Part shown: positions 18,027 through 27,649 of the stretch, one piece after another
Position numbering within the stretch: position 1 is the stretch's first letter
Layout of the letters: every line of letters starts with the position of its first letter
NCBI GenBank assembly: GCA_963664705.1
Contig: OY761556.1
Span: 1,184,001 to 1,248,000 of the forward strand
Source: Acidobacteriota bacterium
Lineage (GTDB): Bacteria; Acidobacteriota; UBA6911
Direction: 5' to 3'
DNA length: 64,000 bases
The notes under the pieces: model-generated
What the model saw: only the letters and a program-made list of their open reading frames with translations
What the model was told of the DNA's origin: nothing
Databases searched by the model: none
Made by a program: the position numbers and the translations under genes

Positions 18027-20051
18027 CTAGTTGCTTGCTATCCCGTAGGCAATGCGGATTCTGAAACTTCTGCCATCCTGCAATATCGAGCTTTGAACAT
18101 GCTCTTCTCCGGCCGGATCAGCGTATCGCTTGTCAAAGAGATTGTAGATGCCGGCTGTTAAATCCAGGTTGGGCATAAGGCCTCTTAGGACAAATGTGAC
18201 GTTTGTCAGCAGAAACCCTCCCAGCCGTTCCCCATCCAGGGTCTTTCTGGGGCCGGTATAGCGCATTTCGATTCCCGCACCGCCCCGTGTGGCAAAACAA
18301 GGCAAAAAGAGATTCAGCTGAACAATATGCTTGGGAGAGTTGGCCAGCGAGGCCTGCGTGGATTCGCTTGTTGCCCTCTGAACCGAATAGGCCAGGTGGC
18401 TGTCAACCCCATGAAAATTTTTGCCCTCGAAGGTCAACTTCATTCCATTTGCCGTGATGTGATCGGTATTTCGAAATACAGCCAGACCATCCGAATCCGT
18501 ATCCTGTGTAATCAGGCCTCTGACGTGATAGTGATAGGCCGAACCAGCCAGGCGGAATTGATGCCCGAAATACTGTTCAATCACAAACTCGGTGGTTCGT
18601 ATTTTTTCGGGTTGCAGATCCGGATTGGTTTTCTGGGAGTATCCGTCAGCATAGAACATCTCGTAGGAATTTGGCGCCCGGAATGCGTGTCCGTACAGAA
18701 GCTTCAGGGTTGTTTTCGGCAAAGGCGAATACACAACGCTGAATCGGGGACTGGTATTACCACCAAATGTATTGTATCGGTCATGTCTGAATCCGGCGCT
18801 CACCAGCAGATTTTCTCTCACGGCAAATTCGCCCTGCGCGTAGGATCCAATAGTTGCCCATGTGTTAAGGGTGTCCAGGTAACTGAAATAGTGCGGTTCG
18901 GCGTCATAGTTCCACTGACGCAGGTGAAAACCATGCTGCCAGTCTGTACCCACGGTAAGGTGATGCTTTCCCGCGAGAGTACGGGTTAATTGGAAATCGC
19001 CTCCCCACCAGCGGCCGGCAGAGTAATCATAATTTCTTGCAAAGTAGGAAGAGTCCTCGGTCTCAAGGGCATATCCGTAAACGCCTTCATAGTCATAGAT
19101 GCCAAGATATGTGCGGGCAACCACATCCCAGTTTTGCCGAAATTTATGCTCATATTTCAAATCGATATAACTTACCGTATCTTTGGTTCGAGCCGCGCGA
19201 TCATTAAAAACGGATCCATAAGAAGCCGTCGGGATGGCTTTCCCCCTGGAATTGAAAACAAACTGGGCGGTCAGATTTCGCCCCGAAATGTTGGCAAATA
19301 CGTTTGTGCTGTTCTCGGAATCCAGGTCCTCCGCAATTCCGTTGTTGGTCTCGGGCGTATCAAATTCCTTGAAATAAAGGTGTCTCTGTCCTTTGCTGTT
19401 TCGGTGGCTGGCAGCAAACAGCATTTCAGTTCCATTTTTGAAACTTTTCCCGTAGCTTGCGCCTCCGGCATAGGTGCTCCAGCTGCCCCCCTCGGCGTAG
19501 ATATGCCCGCCATCGAGGCTTCGTCCGCGTTTTGTAATTATGTTGATCGTCCCAAAAAACGCGTTTGTCCCATAAAGAGATGAGCCCGGACCGCGTACAA
19601 TCTCGATGCGTTCAATCAGGTTGATGTCGAGAGGGAAGTCAAATCCGATCCCCGTACCCCCATAAATGCTCTCATTCAAACGAAGACCGTTCAGCAACAG
19701 CAGGACGCGCGTGTTGTAATCGCCGGTGCGGCCGAAGCCACGCACGCCAATATATTCGTAGTTTCTATCATTGGTGGAATAAAATCCGGAAACACTGTTG
19801 AGAATCTCGGATAGTTTTCGATAGCCGTAATGCTGAATGTCCGCCGCAGTGATAATGCGGATCGACGCGGGTGCTTCCGTCATCTTCTGACTGAACTTGG
19901 ATGCGCTGTAGACCTCCAGCTTGGCCAAATCCTCAAGAGGGATTTCGGTTAGATCCTTGGGTGCATCCTGGGCGACCGCTTGCAGCAGACCAAAGCCGCA
20001 TAAAAACATTAACCCCAGGGAAAACCCCGAGTATTTCCAGACCGTTCTCAT
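18027..20051 (-). CDS. TonB-dependent outer-membrane receptor
   Basis: Signal peptide; DL.EI.LEDL, SASKF.Q...EAP, IERIEIVRGPGSSLYG.NA..G.INIITK plug; NLFDK.Y; GAGGG SD before ATG 20051. Confidence 0.92.
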   Translation of the reverse strand: MRTVWKYSGFSLGLMFLCGFGLLQAVAQDAPKDLTEIPLEDLAKLEVYSASKFSQKMTEAPASIRIITAADIQHYGYRKLSEILNSVSGFYSTNDRNYEYIGVRGFGRTGDYNTRVLLLLNGLRLNESIYGGTGIGFDFPLDINLIERIEIVRGPGSSLYGTNAFFGTINIITKRGRSLDGGHIYAEGGSWSTYAGGASYGKSFKNGTEMLFAASHRNSKGQRHLYFKEFDTPETNNGIAEDLDSENSTNVFANISGRNLTAQFVFNSRGKAIPTASYGSVFNDRAARTKDTVSYIDLKYEHKFRQNWDVVARTYLGIYDYEGVYGYALETEDSSYFARNYDYSAGRWWGGDFQLTRTLAGKHHLTVGTDWQHGFHLRQWNYDAEPHYFSYLDTLNTWATIGSYAQGEFAVRENLLVSAGFRHDRYNTFGGNTSPRFSVVYSPLPKTTLKLLYGHAFRAPNSYEMFYADGYSQKTNPDLQPEKIRTTEFVIEQYFGHQFRLAGSAYHYHVRGLITQDTDSDGLAVFRNTDHITANGMKLTFEGKNFHGVDSHLAYSVQRATSESTQASLANSPKHIVQLNLFLPCFATRGGAGIEMRYTGPRKTLDGERLGGFLLTNVTFVLRGLMPNLDLTAGIYNLFDKRYADPAGEEHVQSSILQDGRSFRIRIAYGIASN

Positions 20052-20422
20052 AGTCCCTCGCTGTCCGGAGCTTTGTTTCCGGCATTTCGGATTCGGTTTT
20101 GTTGCCGCATGGAATGCCCTGCCGCAATTTGGGCCGAGTTGTTTCCTTTTTGCTCTTAGTGTGCCCGGGAAAACAACATGCGCAAGCGTACATAGACCTG
20201 TGCCAGGCACCAAAGCTCAGTTATCGTCATGACGGGACCTTATCCTTAACACTAATACTAGTTAGTTGGGAGAAGGCGGGCGGAGGTGTATGCCCCGAAA
20301 TCTGATGTATTTACAGTGAACGCGCGATTGATTTATCCGGAGGGCCTTGAACCGACGTTTTGAAGCCTGGCGTTAGCACAATTCGAGGGAAACGCGTGGC
20401 ATTTTTTGCTCTGAAGCGCGAA

Positions 20423-20617
20423 TCAAGGAAGGATTTCCTGAACTCTTCCTACGATGCCGCTTGTCAGCCGGACTTTGATACCGTGCGGATGGGTGGGGGA
20501 GTTGGTTAATATCTGGGAGACGATTCCATCCGTCAGCCGTCCGGACCTCTGATCCTGCTTCTGAACCACGCGCACGTGAACGCCAGGCTGAATGTCCGAT
20601 CTTTTTTTGCCATCCAT
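20423..20617 (-). CDS. YwbE family (DUF2196) protein
   Basis: R.DI.PG..V.VVQKQDQRSG.LT.G.V..ILTNSP.HPHGIKVRL..G.VGRV signature. Confidence 0.88.
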   Translation of the reverse strand: MDGKKRSDIQPGVHVRVVQKQDQRSGRLTDGIVSQILTNSPTHPHGIKVRLTSGIVGRVQEILP

Positions 20618-20755
20618 CAACGTTTCCCCGGATATAGGTTGTATTCCAAGCTGACACACACTGCCAAGGCTGTGCGAATGTTATCATTGGAACGGCTCTT
20701 CAGGTGTAAAATCCTGCGCGGCAACCGCACTGCAACCGCCAGTCAGGGAGACACA

Positions 20756-21733
20756 ATGACCGATGCAATAAGGCTGCGAAATATTACCAAAACTTTTGGA
20801 AATAATGTGGCTGTAAACAGCTTTGATTTGACGGTGCCCGCGGGAGCCTTGTATGGGCTGATTGGGCCCAATGGTGCGGGGAAAACCACTCTGATCCGCA
20901 TGATTCTCTCGATTCTGTTTCCCGACCAGGGTGATTTGACGGTGCTTGGACATGCCTCGGCTATGGAGGCCAAGGACCGCATTGGATACCTGCCCGAAGA
21001 ACGAGGGGTCTATAAAAAAATGCGCGTTGGGGACTTTCTTACTTATATGGCGCGCCTGAAAGGATTGGATCCTCCCGATCTGCGGGATCGCATTCGTGAC
21101 TGGCTTCGAAGGCTTGACCTGGCCGGGACAGAAGGGAAGCGATGCGAGGAGCTTTCCAAGGGGATGCAGCAGAAAATTCAATTTATCGCGGCGGTTATTC
21201 ACCGCCCGGATCTGCTCATTCTCGACGAACCGTTTAGCGGCCTCGATCCGGTGAACCAGCGTCTGATGAGGGAACTGGTTATGGAGGAGCATCGAAGGGG
21301 TGCCACTATTCTGTTTTCCACACATGTCATGGCGCACGCGGAGCAGCTCTGCGACCATGTCATCATGATTCATTCAGGCCATAAAATGCTGGACCGGAGC
21401 CTGTCGGATATCCGACAGGCATCGGATCCCAGGCACATAATATTCGAACCCCTGGATCCTTCCGCGGATGCAGCTCCGCTTCGCTCTGTTCCCGGCGTGC
21501 ACGAAATCGATTCGAAAGGGACCACCTGGGAGATATCGCTGTCGGATGACGTCAACCCGGCCACGGCTCTGGCATCTTTAGTCCATGCGGTCATGCCCGT
21601 TCAGGTCAGGGTGCGAAGGCCCTCGCTCGAGGATATCTTCGTCCAGATCGTCTCCGGCACCGGACCGGATACAAGCAACGAGCAGTTGCGCGAGGCCTTG
21701 CGGGAAGGCGGAAATACGAGGGAGGCGCGGTAA
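20756..21733 (+). CDS. ABC-2 type ATP-binding protein (NatA/YhaQ-like)
   Basis: GPNGAGKT, GYLPEERG, LSKGMQQK, ILDEPFSGLDPVN; GGGAG SD before ATG 20756. Confidence 0.9.
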   Translation: MTDAIRLRNITKTFGNNVAVNSFDLTVPAGALYGLIGPNGAGKTTLIRMILSILFPDQGDLTVLGHASAMEAKDRIGYLPEERGVYKKMRVGDFLTYMARLKGLDPPDLRDRIRDWLRRLDLAGTEGKRCEELSKGMQQKIQFIAAVIHRPDLLILDEPFSGLDPVNQRLMRELVMEEHRRGATILFSTHVMAHAEQLCDHVIMIHSGHKMLDRSLSDIRQASDPRHIIFEPLDPSADAAPLRSVPGVHEIDSKGTTWEISLSDDVNPATALASLVHAVMPVQVRVRRPSLEDIFVQIVSGTGPDTSNEQLREALREGGNTREAR

Positions 21734-23127
21734 TGAAAAAGATCCTGTATGTTGCGGCCAGGGAATTTGTGGCGACGGTGACCACCAAAGGGTTTATTTT
21801 CGGTGTGCTGCTTACGCCGACGCTGGTCGTATTCATGTCCTTTTTGATCCCGCGCATCGCAAATGAAACGCCACCCAAAATTGAAGGACAGGTCGCTATT
21901 TCGGATCCCACGGGGCAGATCGCCGATACTATCGAAAAAAACCTGGTGCCAGAGCAGTTCTTGGAACGACGGAGGAAGGCATTGCTCAGCAGACCCGGAT
22001 GGCCAGGGAACAGCCAGGACGATCGCAAGGATAAGTCCTCTGCCGGGAAGGATATTGCATCCGAACTGACTCCGTCAGAGATGCCGCAGATCTCTGTAAA
22101 ACCATTGTCTTCCGATGCCGAAATCGAGCATGAAAAGGAGCTGCTGAAGGTGCCGCTGGCACAAAAACAGGGCAGCCGGTCCGCGTGCCTGGCGGTGATA
22201 GTGGTCCATCCGGATGCGACGAAGCCGGATCCGGAGGGCACGGCAAAACCGAAATATGATCTTTTCGTGAGAAGCCGGCTGGACGATCGTTTGATCGGTG
22301 ATTTTCACGCGGTCATACAGAATGCTATTGGGAGCGCTCGTCTTCGATCGACCGGGCTGGATGCCAAGACTGTTGAGGCTCTGACCACTGTAATGAGAGC
22401 CGAAACCAGGGCGATCACCCCCGGCGGCGAACAGAAAAACAGCGTGGTTTTCAATTCCGTTCTTCCCATTGCCTTTAATATCCTGCTGCTGATCTCAGTC
22501 CTTACCAGCGGCCAGTACCTGTTGACAACCACCATCGAAGAAAAGTCGAATCGAGTGGTTGAAGTGCTTCTGTCCGCCGTTTCACCCATGCAGCTGATGA
22601 CCGGCAAGATACTTGGGCAAATGGCTATCGGCCTTTTGATTCTTGCGCTTTATGCCGGACTGGGTATCGCGGCTCTGACCTCATTCGCCATGATGGGGTT
22701 GTTGAACCCGATGCTTCTGATCTTCCTGTTCCTGTTTTTTCTGCTCGCGTACCTGACGATTGCGGCGATGATGGCCGCCATTGGTTCCGCGGTCAGTGAA
22801 TTGCGGGACGCTCAAGGTCTGATGATGCCGATGATGATGGTGCTGATGATTCCATGGCTGCTGATGATGCCCATCAGTCGGGATCCCAATTCTCTTCTTG
22901 CCATCGTCCTGAGCTTCATTCCTCCGATCAGCAGTTTTGTCGTGGTGCTGCGCATGGCATCCAGTTCGCCGCCGCCTTTCTGGCAGATCGGCGCTGCCAT
23001 CGTTGTTGGAATTGCCGGCGCCTATGCTTCGCTCCGGTTTGCCGCAAAAGTATTTCGCGTTGGGCTTCTGATGTTTGGAAAGCCCCCGTCCATCGGTACC
23101 TTGATTCGCTGGGCACGGATGTCATAA
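21733..23127 (+). CDS. ABC-2 type permease (NatB/YhaP-like)
   Basis: TAATG overlap with the ATPase gene; EEKSNRVVEVLLS, GKILG; six TM helices. Confidence 0.88.
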   Translation: MKKILYVAAREFVATVTTKGFIFGVLLTPTLVVFMSFLIPRIANETPPKIEGQVAISDPTGQIADTIEKNLVPEQFLERRRKALLSRPGWPGNSQDDRKDKSSAGKDIASELTPSEMPQISVKPLSSDAEIEHEKELLKVPLAQKQGSRSACLAVIVVHPDATKPDPEGTAKPKYDLFVRSRLDDRLIGDFHAVIQNAIGSARLRSTGLDAKTVEALTTVMRAETRAITPGGEQKNSVVFNSVLPIAFNILLLISVLTSGQYLLTTTIEEKSNRVVEVLLSAVSPMQLMTGKILGQMAIGLLILALYAGLGIAALTSFAMMGLLNPMLLIFLFLFFLLAYLTIAAMMAAIGSAVSELRDAQGLMMPMMMVLMIPWLLMMPISRDPNSLLAIVLSFIPPISSFVVVLRMASSSPPPFWQIGAAIVVGIAGAYASLRFAAKVFRVGLLMFGKPPSIGTLIRWARMS

Positions 23128-23212
23128 GGCCGAGACGCTGGAGGGCAATCGCTGCCGCTGAACTCCTGATTGCCCGGGATGCAAGCCGGCCATGTTGCAC
23201 GGAATCTGAAGA

Positions 23213-24097
23213 ATGAAAATATCCAAACCACTCCAGGCTGACCTGGCCCTGGTCTTTATTACTTTTATCTGGGGCAGCACGTTTACGGTTGTGAAACAAA
23301 GCCTCGAAAATGCTTCTCCCATCCTGTTTGTTGCACTGCGATTCTGGATCGCTACGATTATTTGCACGGCACTCATGCCCGGGCAGATACGGAAGATCGG
23401 GAAACGGACCTTATTGCATGGAATGGTTCTGGCTTTCATTTTGTTCGGTGGGTTCGTATTTCAGACCCTGGGGCTGCGCAATACCAATCCTTCCTATTCT
23501 GCTTTTATCACCAGTTTGAGCGTTCTGCTCGTGCCGCTGCTCGGTTATCTGCTGTTTCATCACAAACCGCGCCCCCAGACCCTCGCCGGTGTCATTCTGG
23601 CCACCATCGGTTTGTTTTTGCTTCTTGCGCATCTTTCCCAGTTGACCATGGGATCCGGAGATTTTCTCACCCTTATCTGTGCCGCTCTTTTTGGATTTCA
23701 CATTCTTCTGCTCGGCCGCTTTTTATTGGTCAACGACTACCGGCAGCTGATCCTGCTGCAGCTCGCAGGGACGGCCATCCTGAGTTCAATTTCATCGCCG
23801 ATCTTTGAGGTTCCGCGTCTGAATTGGAATGCAAGGCTGGGGGTGGCTCTGGTGATTACCGGCGTTCTCGCAACGGCTTTTGCTTTATATGTGCAGGCGC
23901 GAGCCCAGAGGCTGACTACGGCAAACCATGCTGCTCTGATCTTCAGCCTGGAGCCATTTTTTGCCGCTCTGTTTGCTTTCTGGATTCTGGGGCAGGTGTT
24001 GACGCCGCGCGAATGGTTGGGTGGAATCCTGGTGTTGGCCGGTATCCTGGTTTCGGAATTGCAGCTTCCCTTTTTCGGCCGGGCTCGATCGGACTGA
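23213..24097 (+). CDS. DMT/EamA family transporter
   Basis: IWGSTF, LRF, FQTLGL, SAFIT, LEP.FA; two EamA repeats. Confidence 0.88.
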   Translation: MKISKPLQADLALVFITFIWGSTFTVVKQSLENASPILFVALRFWIATIICTALMPGQIRKIGKRTLLHGMVLAFILFGGFVFQTLGLRNTNPSYSAFITSLSVLLVPLLGYLLFHHKPRPQTLAGVILATIGLFLLLAHLSQLTMGSGDFLTLICAALFGFHILLLGRFLLVNDYRQLILLQLAGTAILSSISSPIFEVPRLNWNARLGVALVITGVLATAFALYVQARAQRLTTANHAALIFSLEPFFAALFAFWILGQVLTPREWLGGILVLAGILVSELQLPFFGRARSD

Positions 24098-24140
24098 GCG
24101 AACCATTGCCTCAATATTGCGGGTTCCGGAAACCGTGCGG

Positions 24141-24974
24141 TTATCCCACATCCCAATAGACCAGAGCCGACCGAACTTCCGGCGGCCAGACATACCTGCC
24201 GTCCTGCCACGTGAGCCTGCTTTCCAGCAAATCCCGCAGGTAGGCGTCATGTTCCGTTGAATCTCCCAAGGCCATGAAGCGTCGCATGTCAAACAAGGCC
24301 TCATCGAGACTCGCGCTTGTGCGCGGCTTCCACAACCCGGTGTTTTCCATCAGCACGTTGGCGTAAATGCCTGCCTGAAGCAAAACGTTGTACGCAATTG
24401 TGAAATTGGGGCTGTCCAGCGGCTGGCCCCACAAGTGCCGTGCAGCTTCGGCGCGAATGCTGTCCGGGCTTGGGGCGCGAAGAAGCAGAAAACAGGTCCG
24501 TCGCGTGCACGCGACCATCCGCAGGACGAAAGCCCTCAGATCATGGCATGCATACATGGCATGAGAGCATAGGGAATAATCGTGCGGCTCGACGGCAACA
24601 TCCGGCCAGGAGCCCTGCACAATCGAAACATTGGAGACCTGTTGTGAGCTCAGGCTGTCACGCATTACTGAAATCATGGCGCTGGACGGTTCCACGGCAG
24701 TCACATGTCTCGCACGCGCGGCCAGCAACAGCGCCCAATCGCCCGTCCCGGCGCCAATGTCGAGGATGGTGCTTTCCGGTTCGAGTTTGGACAGGATAAA
24801 TCCACGGCTCGAGTCGGGCCTGGCCCACTTTTTTCGGACTCGTTCTTTGAAATGGCGCGCGCGTTCGGCCCAGATATCTTCAGGCGTGGTTCCCGCATGC
24901 TTATGCTTTCGGCTGCGCACCTTTATCTCTACGAGATCTCCCCACAAGGAGTTCCAATCGGTTATCTTTTCCAT
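24141..24974 (-). CDS. Class I SAM-dependent methyltransferase
   Basis: ILDIGAGTG, VTAVEPS..M; GGGAG SD before ATG 24974. Confidence 0.85.
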   Translation of the reverse strand: MEKITDWNSLWGDLVEIKVRSRKHKHAGTTPEDIWAERARHFKERVRKKWARPDSSRGFILSKLEPESTILDIGAGTGDWALLLAARARHVTAVEPSSAMISVMRDSLSSQQVSNVSIVQGSWPDVAVEPHDYSLCSHAMYACHDLRAFVLRMVACTRRTCFLLLRAPSPDSIRAEAARHLWGQPLDSPNFTIAYNVLLQAGIYANVLMENTGLWKPRTSASLDEALFDMRRFMALGDSTEHDAYLRDLLESRLTWQDGRYVWPPEVRSALVYWDVG

Positions 24975-25123
24975 AGCTCCCTGCAATAATCCGTCATCTT
25001 TCCAAATGCCAACGACGTATCCTGACTCAAAGAGTACGGAAAAACCATGGGAATTCCAACTTCGCAATGGACAGGCTCCCGCTGTATTCCGGGCACAAAG
25101 TGAGATACCATTGATGAATCATC

Positions 25124-26221
25124 ATGGCTACTTTGACCGACATTCTCGAAAAGCTGACCGTTGCGGGTGAACTATACGAAAAAATCGATGATCACCGTAT
25201 CCGGTGCTTCGCCTGTGGACATCGATGCCCGATTCCAACGGGTGCCCAGGGCGTCTGCAAGGTCCGCTTCAATCAGGGCGGGACACTGCGCGTTCCATTC
25301 GGATATGTTGCTGGAGTTCAATGCGATCCCGTAGAGAAAAAGCCGTTTTTTCACGTGCGCCCGGGCGCGCTTGCCTACAGTTTCGGGATGCTGGGATGCG
25401 ACCTGCATTGCGGGTATTGTCAGAACTGGATCTCATCGCAGGTTCTCCGTGACCCAAATTCAATCGTTCCTCCCGTTCGCGTGACTCCTGCCGATCTGAT
25501 CGAACAGGCGCGCAGGGAGGGGGCGGAAATCGTTGTCAGTACCTACAACGAGCCGTTGATTACGAGCGAATGGGGCGTTGCGGTGTTTAAAGAAGCCAAA
25601 GCCGCCGGCCTGATGACGGCGTTTGTGTCGAATGGGAACGCAACACCGGAGGTGCTGGCTTACCTGCAGCCCTGGCTCGATTTGTACAAAGTCGACCTCA
25701 AGAGCATCAGCGACCGGCAATACCGAAAGCTGGGGGCGCGGCTGGAGCCCATTCTGGACAGTATCCGCCGGATTTATTCTATGGGATTCTGGCTGGAAAT
25801 TGTCACTCTTCTCGTCCCTGGATTCAACGATGCACCGGATGAATTGACGAAGCTGACAGAGTTCATTGCCGGAGTGTCGACCGAAATTCCGTGGCACGTC
25901 ACCGCATTTTACCAGAACTACAAAATGACCGACGCGCGCAATACAACTCCCGAGGATCTGCTCAAAGCCGCTGAAATCGGGAAACAAAGCGGATTGCAAT
26001 ATGTTTACGCCGGGAATTTGCCCGGACGAGCCGGCAATTGGGAAAACACCTATTGTCCGAAATGCGGAGATCTGCTGGTGGAGCGCCGCGGCTTCAGAGT
26101 GATATCCTACCGGCTCGATGAAAGGGGGCGATGCCCCGGCTGTGCTCAAGCGATACCGGGGCGGTGGGCTCCAAAATTTGTGCCGCAGCGTGCCGCCTAT
26201 CCTTTCAGTCCGTCCTGCTAG
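25124..26221 (+). CDS. amrS: AmmeMemoRadiSam system radical SAM enzyme (PFL-activase-like)
   Basis: C..C.HRC, G.CKVRFN, DPVEKKP.FH, GCDLHCGYCQNW, TYNEP, C-terminal CPKCG/CPGC. Confidence 0.88.
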   Translation: MATLTDILEKLTVAGELYEKIDDHRIRCFACGHRCPIPTGAQGVCKVRFNQGGTLRVPFGYVAGVQCDPVEKKPFFHVRPGALAYSFGMLGCDLHCGYCQNWISSQVLRDPNSIVPPVRVTPADLIEQARREGAEIVVSTYNEPLITSEWGVAVFKEAKAAGLMTAFVSNGNATPEVLAYLQPWLDLYKVDLKSISDRQYRKLGARLEPILDSIRRIYSMGFWLEIVTLLVPGFNDAPDELTKLTEFIAGVSTEIPWHVTAFYQNYKMTDARNTTPEDLLKAAEIGKQSGLQYVYAGNLPGRAGNWENTYCPKCGDLLVERRGFRVISYRLDERGRCPGCAQAIPGRWAPKFVPQRAAYPFSPSC

Positions 26222-26264
26222 AAACATTTGTCAAACGCGAAGCCCTTCGGCTTTTCTGTCTTTC

Positions 26265-26445
26265 AAAGGCGGCATCAAGCTGCCACACTCCGCGGTACCC
26301 ATTCGGCAGAGCTTTCCTGCAAATAATGTGCGGCATTGGGCGAATAGTATTCAGCATTAGCCGGGACGCCGACGCTCCCAGGGAAAACTCCGCAGTTTTG
26401 ATCTGGAATCTGGAATTCCGCAAATAATATGCAGCATTAGCCGGG
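26265..26445. repeat. Intergenic cluster of REP-like hairpins and short direct repeats
   Basis: AAAGGCGGCATCAAGCTGCCACACTCCG (26265), GCCGGGACGCCGACGCTCCCAGG (26360), three AATAnTrTkCrGCATT copies (26322, 26343, 26423). Confidence 0.55.
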
Positions 26446-26499
26446 CGCTGGCGAGGGCGTGGCTATTTCGTGGCGAGCCCGGCAGGTTCGAAGAAAATC

Positions 26500-26757
26500 C
26501 TATTCCACGATATATAGGATATCTACTCCGTCCTGCGTTCCTGAAAGGGCCTTTTCCAATAGGGTGAGAAGGTCTTTGTCGGCTCCCTGTTCCTTGAGGT
26601 AATCGATGGTATCCAGGTTTAAAAAGTATTCCTCATCTTCCTCGAATTCTTCTTCCAGATTTTCCATCAGAAAATCCAGCTGCTTTTCGGTGATCGTTCC
26701 CAGGGACTGGCGTTCGTAAGTCTTGGGGTGCTCTTTGAACAGGTGAATTGAGCTCAT
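26500..26757 (-). CDS. Small acidic conserved hypothetical protein
   Basis: 85 aa, GGAG SD; LG.ITE.QL.FL..NLEEE..ED..Y.....T.D.L...GAD pattern. Confidence 0.75.
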   Translation of the reverse strand: MSSIHLFKEHPKTYERQSLGTITEKQLDFLMENLEEEFEEDEEYFLNLDTIDYLKEQGADKDLLTLLEKALSGTQDGVDILYIVE

Positions 26758-26869
26758 CGTGTCTCCATGCGTTACGACAATAACCTATATCGCGGATAGA
26801 TCTCGAATGCAATCGCGAGAAGCGGAAAAGAGAAATCCCGTGGTTGCCCGGAGCCGAGATTCACCGGAA

Positions 26870-27637
26870 TCAGCGAATCCCGAGGACCCGGCGTATTTCC
26901 CCTTCGATCCCTGGAGCAAAAACAACGCAGTTTCTGGTATCGATGCGATCATCGCCGTTTTTTGTCAGGAATCCGGCTCCGCATTCGCGAGCGATCACCT
27001 GAACGGGCGCGTAGTCCCATTCCATGCCGCTGCCACTCAGCCATATGTCGGCCTTGCCCCGAGCCAGCATGATGACATCGTAGCACCCGCCATAGCACCG
27101 CACCGTCCAGCAGTTTTCGGTCAGGGCTCGGACCGCATCCGGCGGCCATGTGCTCCAGGCAGATTTAAAGCCGCTGACCATCAGGATGGCTTTATCCAGG
27201 CTCGAAATCGCGGATGTCTGCACGCGCGTGTCATTCCAGTAACATCCAAATCCGTCGGCAGCGTGCAGCATCTCATTGGTGCAAGGGCTGTAGATGATTC
27301 CCAGAACGACTCGGCCTCCAATCTGCAGGGCCAGTTGAACTGACCAGAACGCATTGCGGCGAACAAAATCCCTGGTGCCATCGATCGGATCGATCAGCCA
27401 TCGTCGTCCCGAGGTGGATGGAATCAGACTTCCTTCCTCTCCCAGCAGCCCGTCTCCGGGAAAGTGCTCCTGAATCCGACGGGCAATCAGCTTCTCGCAC
27501 TCTTTGTCCGCGATCGTGACAGGGGAGGCGTCCTTTTTTTCCTCTGTCGGCGTTGCCTGGCCAAAATACCGCAAGGCAAGCTCGCCCGCCTCCCGCGCGA
27601 TCCGTAGTGATCTCTCAATGTCTCGTTCGTAGGTCAT
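26870..27637 (-). CDS. Inositol monophosphatase family protein (HisN-like histidinol-phosphatase candidate)
   Basis: SPVT.AD, GEE, W.IDPIDGTRDF, WD.AP motifs. Confidence 0.85.
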   Translation of the reverse strand: MTYERDIERSLRIAREAGELALRYFGQATPTEEKKDASPVTIADKECEKLIARRIQEHFPGDGLLGEEGSLIPSTSGRRWLIDPIDGTRDFVRRNAFWSVQLALQIGGRVVLGIIYSPCTNEMLHAADGFGCYWNDTRVQTSAISSLDKAILMVSGFKSAWSTWPPDAVRALTENCWTVRCYGGCYDVIMLARGKADIWLSGSGMEWDYAPVQVIARECGAGFLTKNGDDRIDTRNCVVFAPGIEGEIRRVLGIR

Positions 27638-27649
27638 TCCCGTCCTGCT

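Noticed and set aside
20052-20213. Extended TonB receptor N-terminus and a possible sigma54 site (TGGCAC)
   Set aside because: SD and signal peptide favour ATG 20051; the -12 GC is missing at the required spacing
22822-22870. ATG-rich run encoding MMPMMMVLM
   Set aside because: Ordinary hydrophobic helix in the permease, not a contingency repeat
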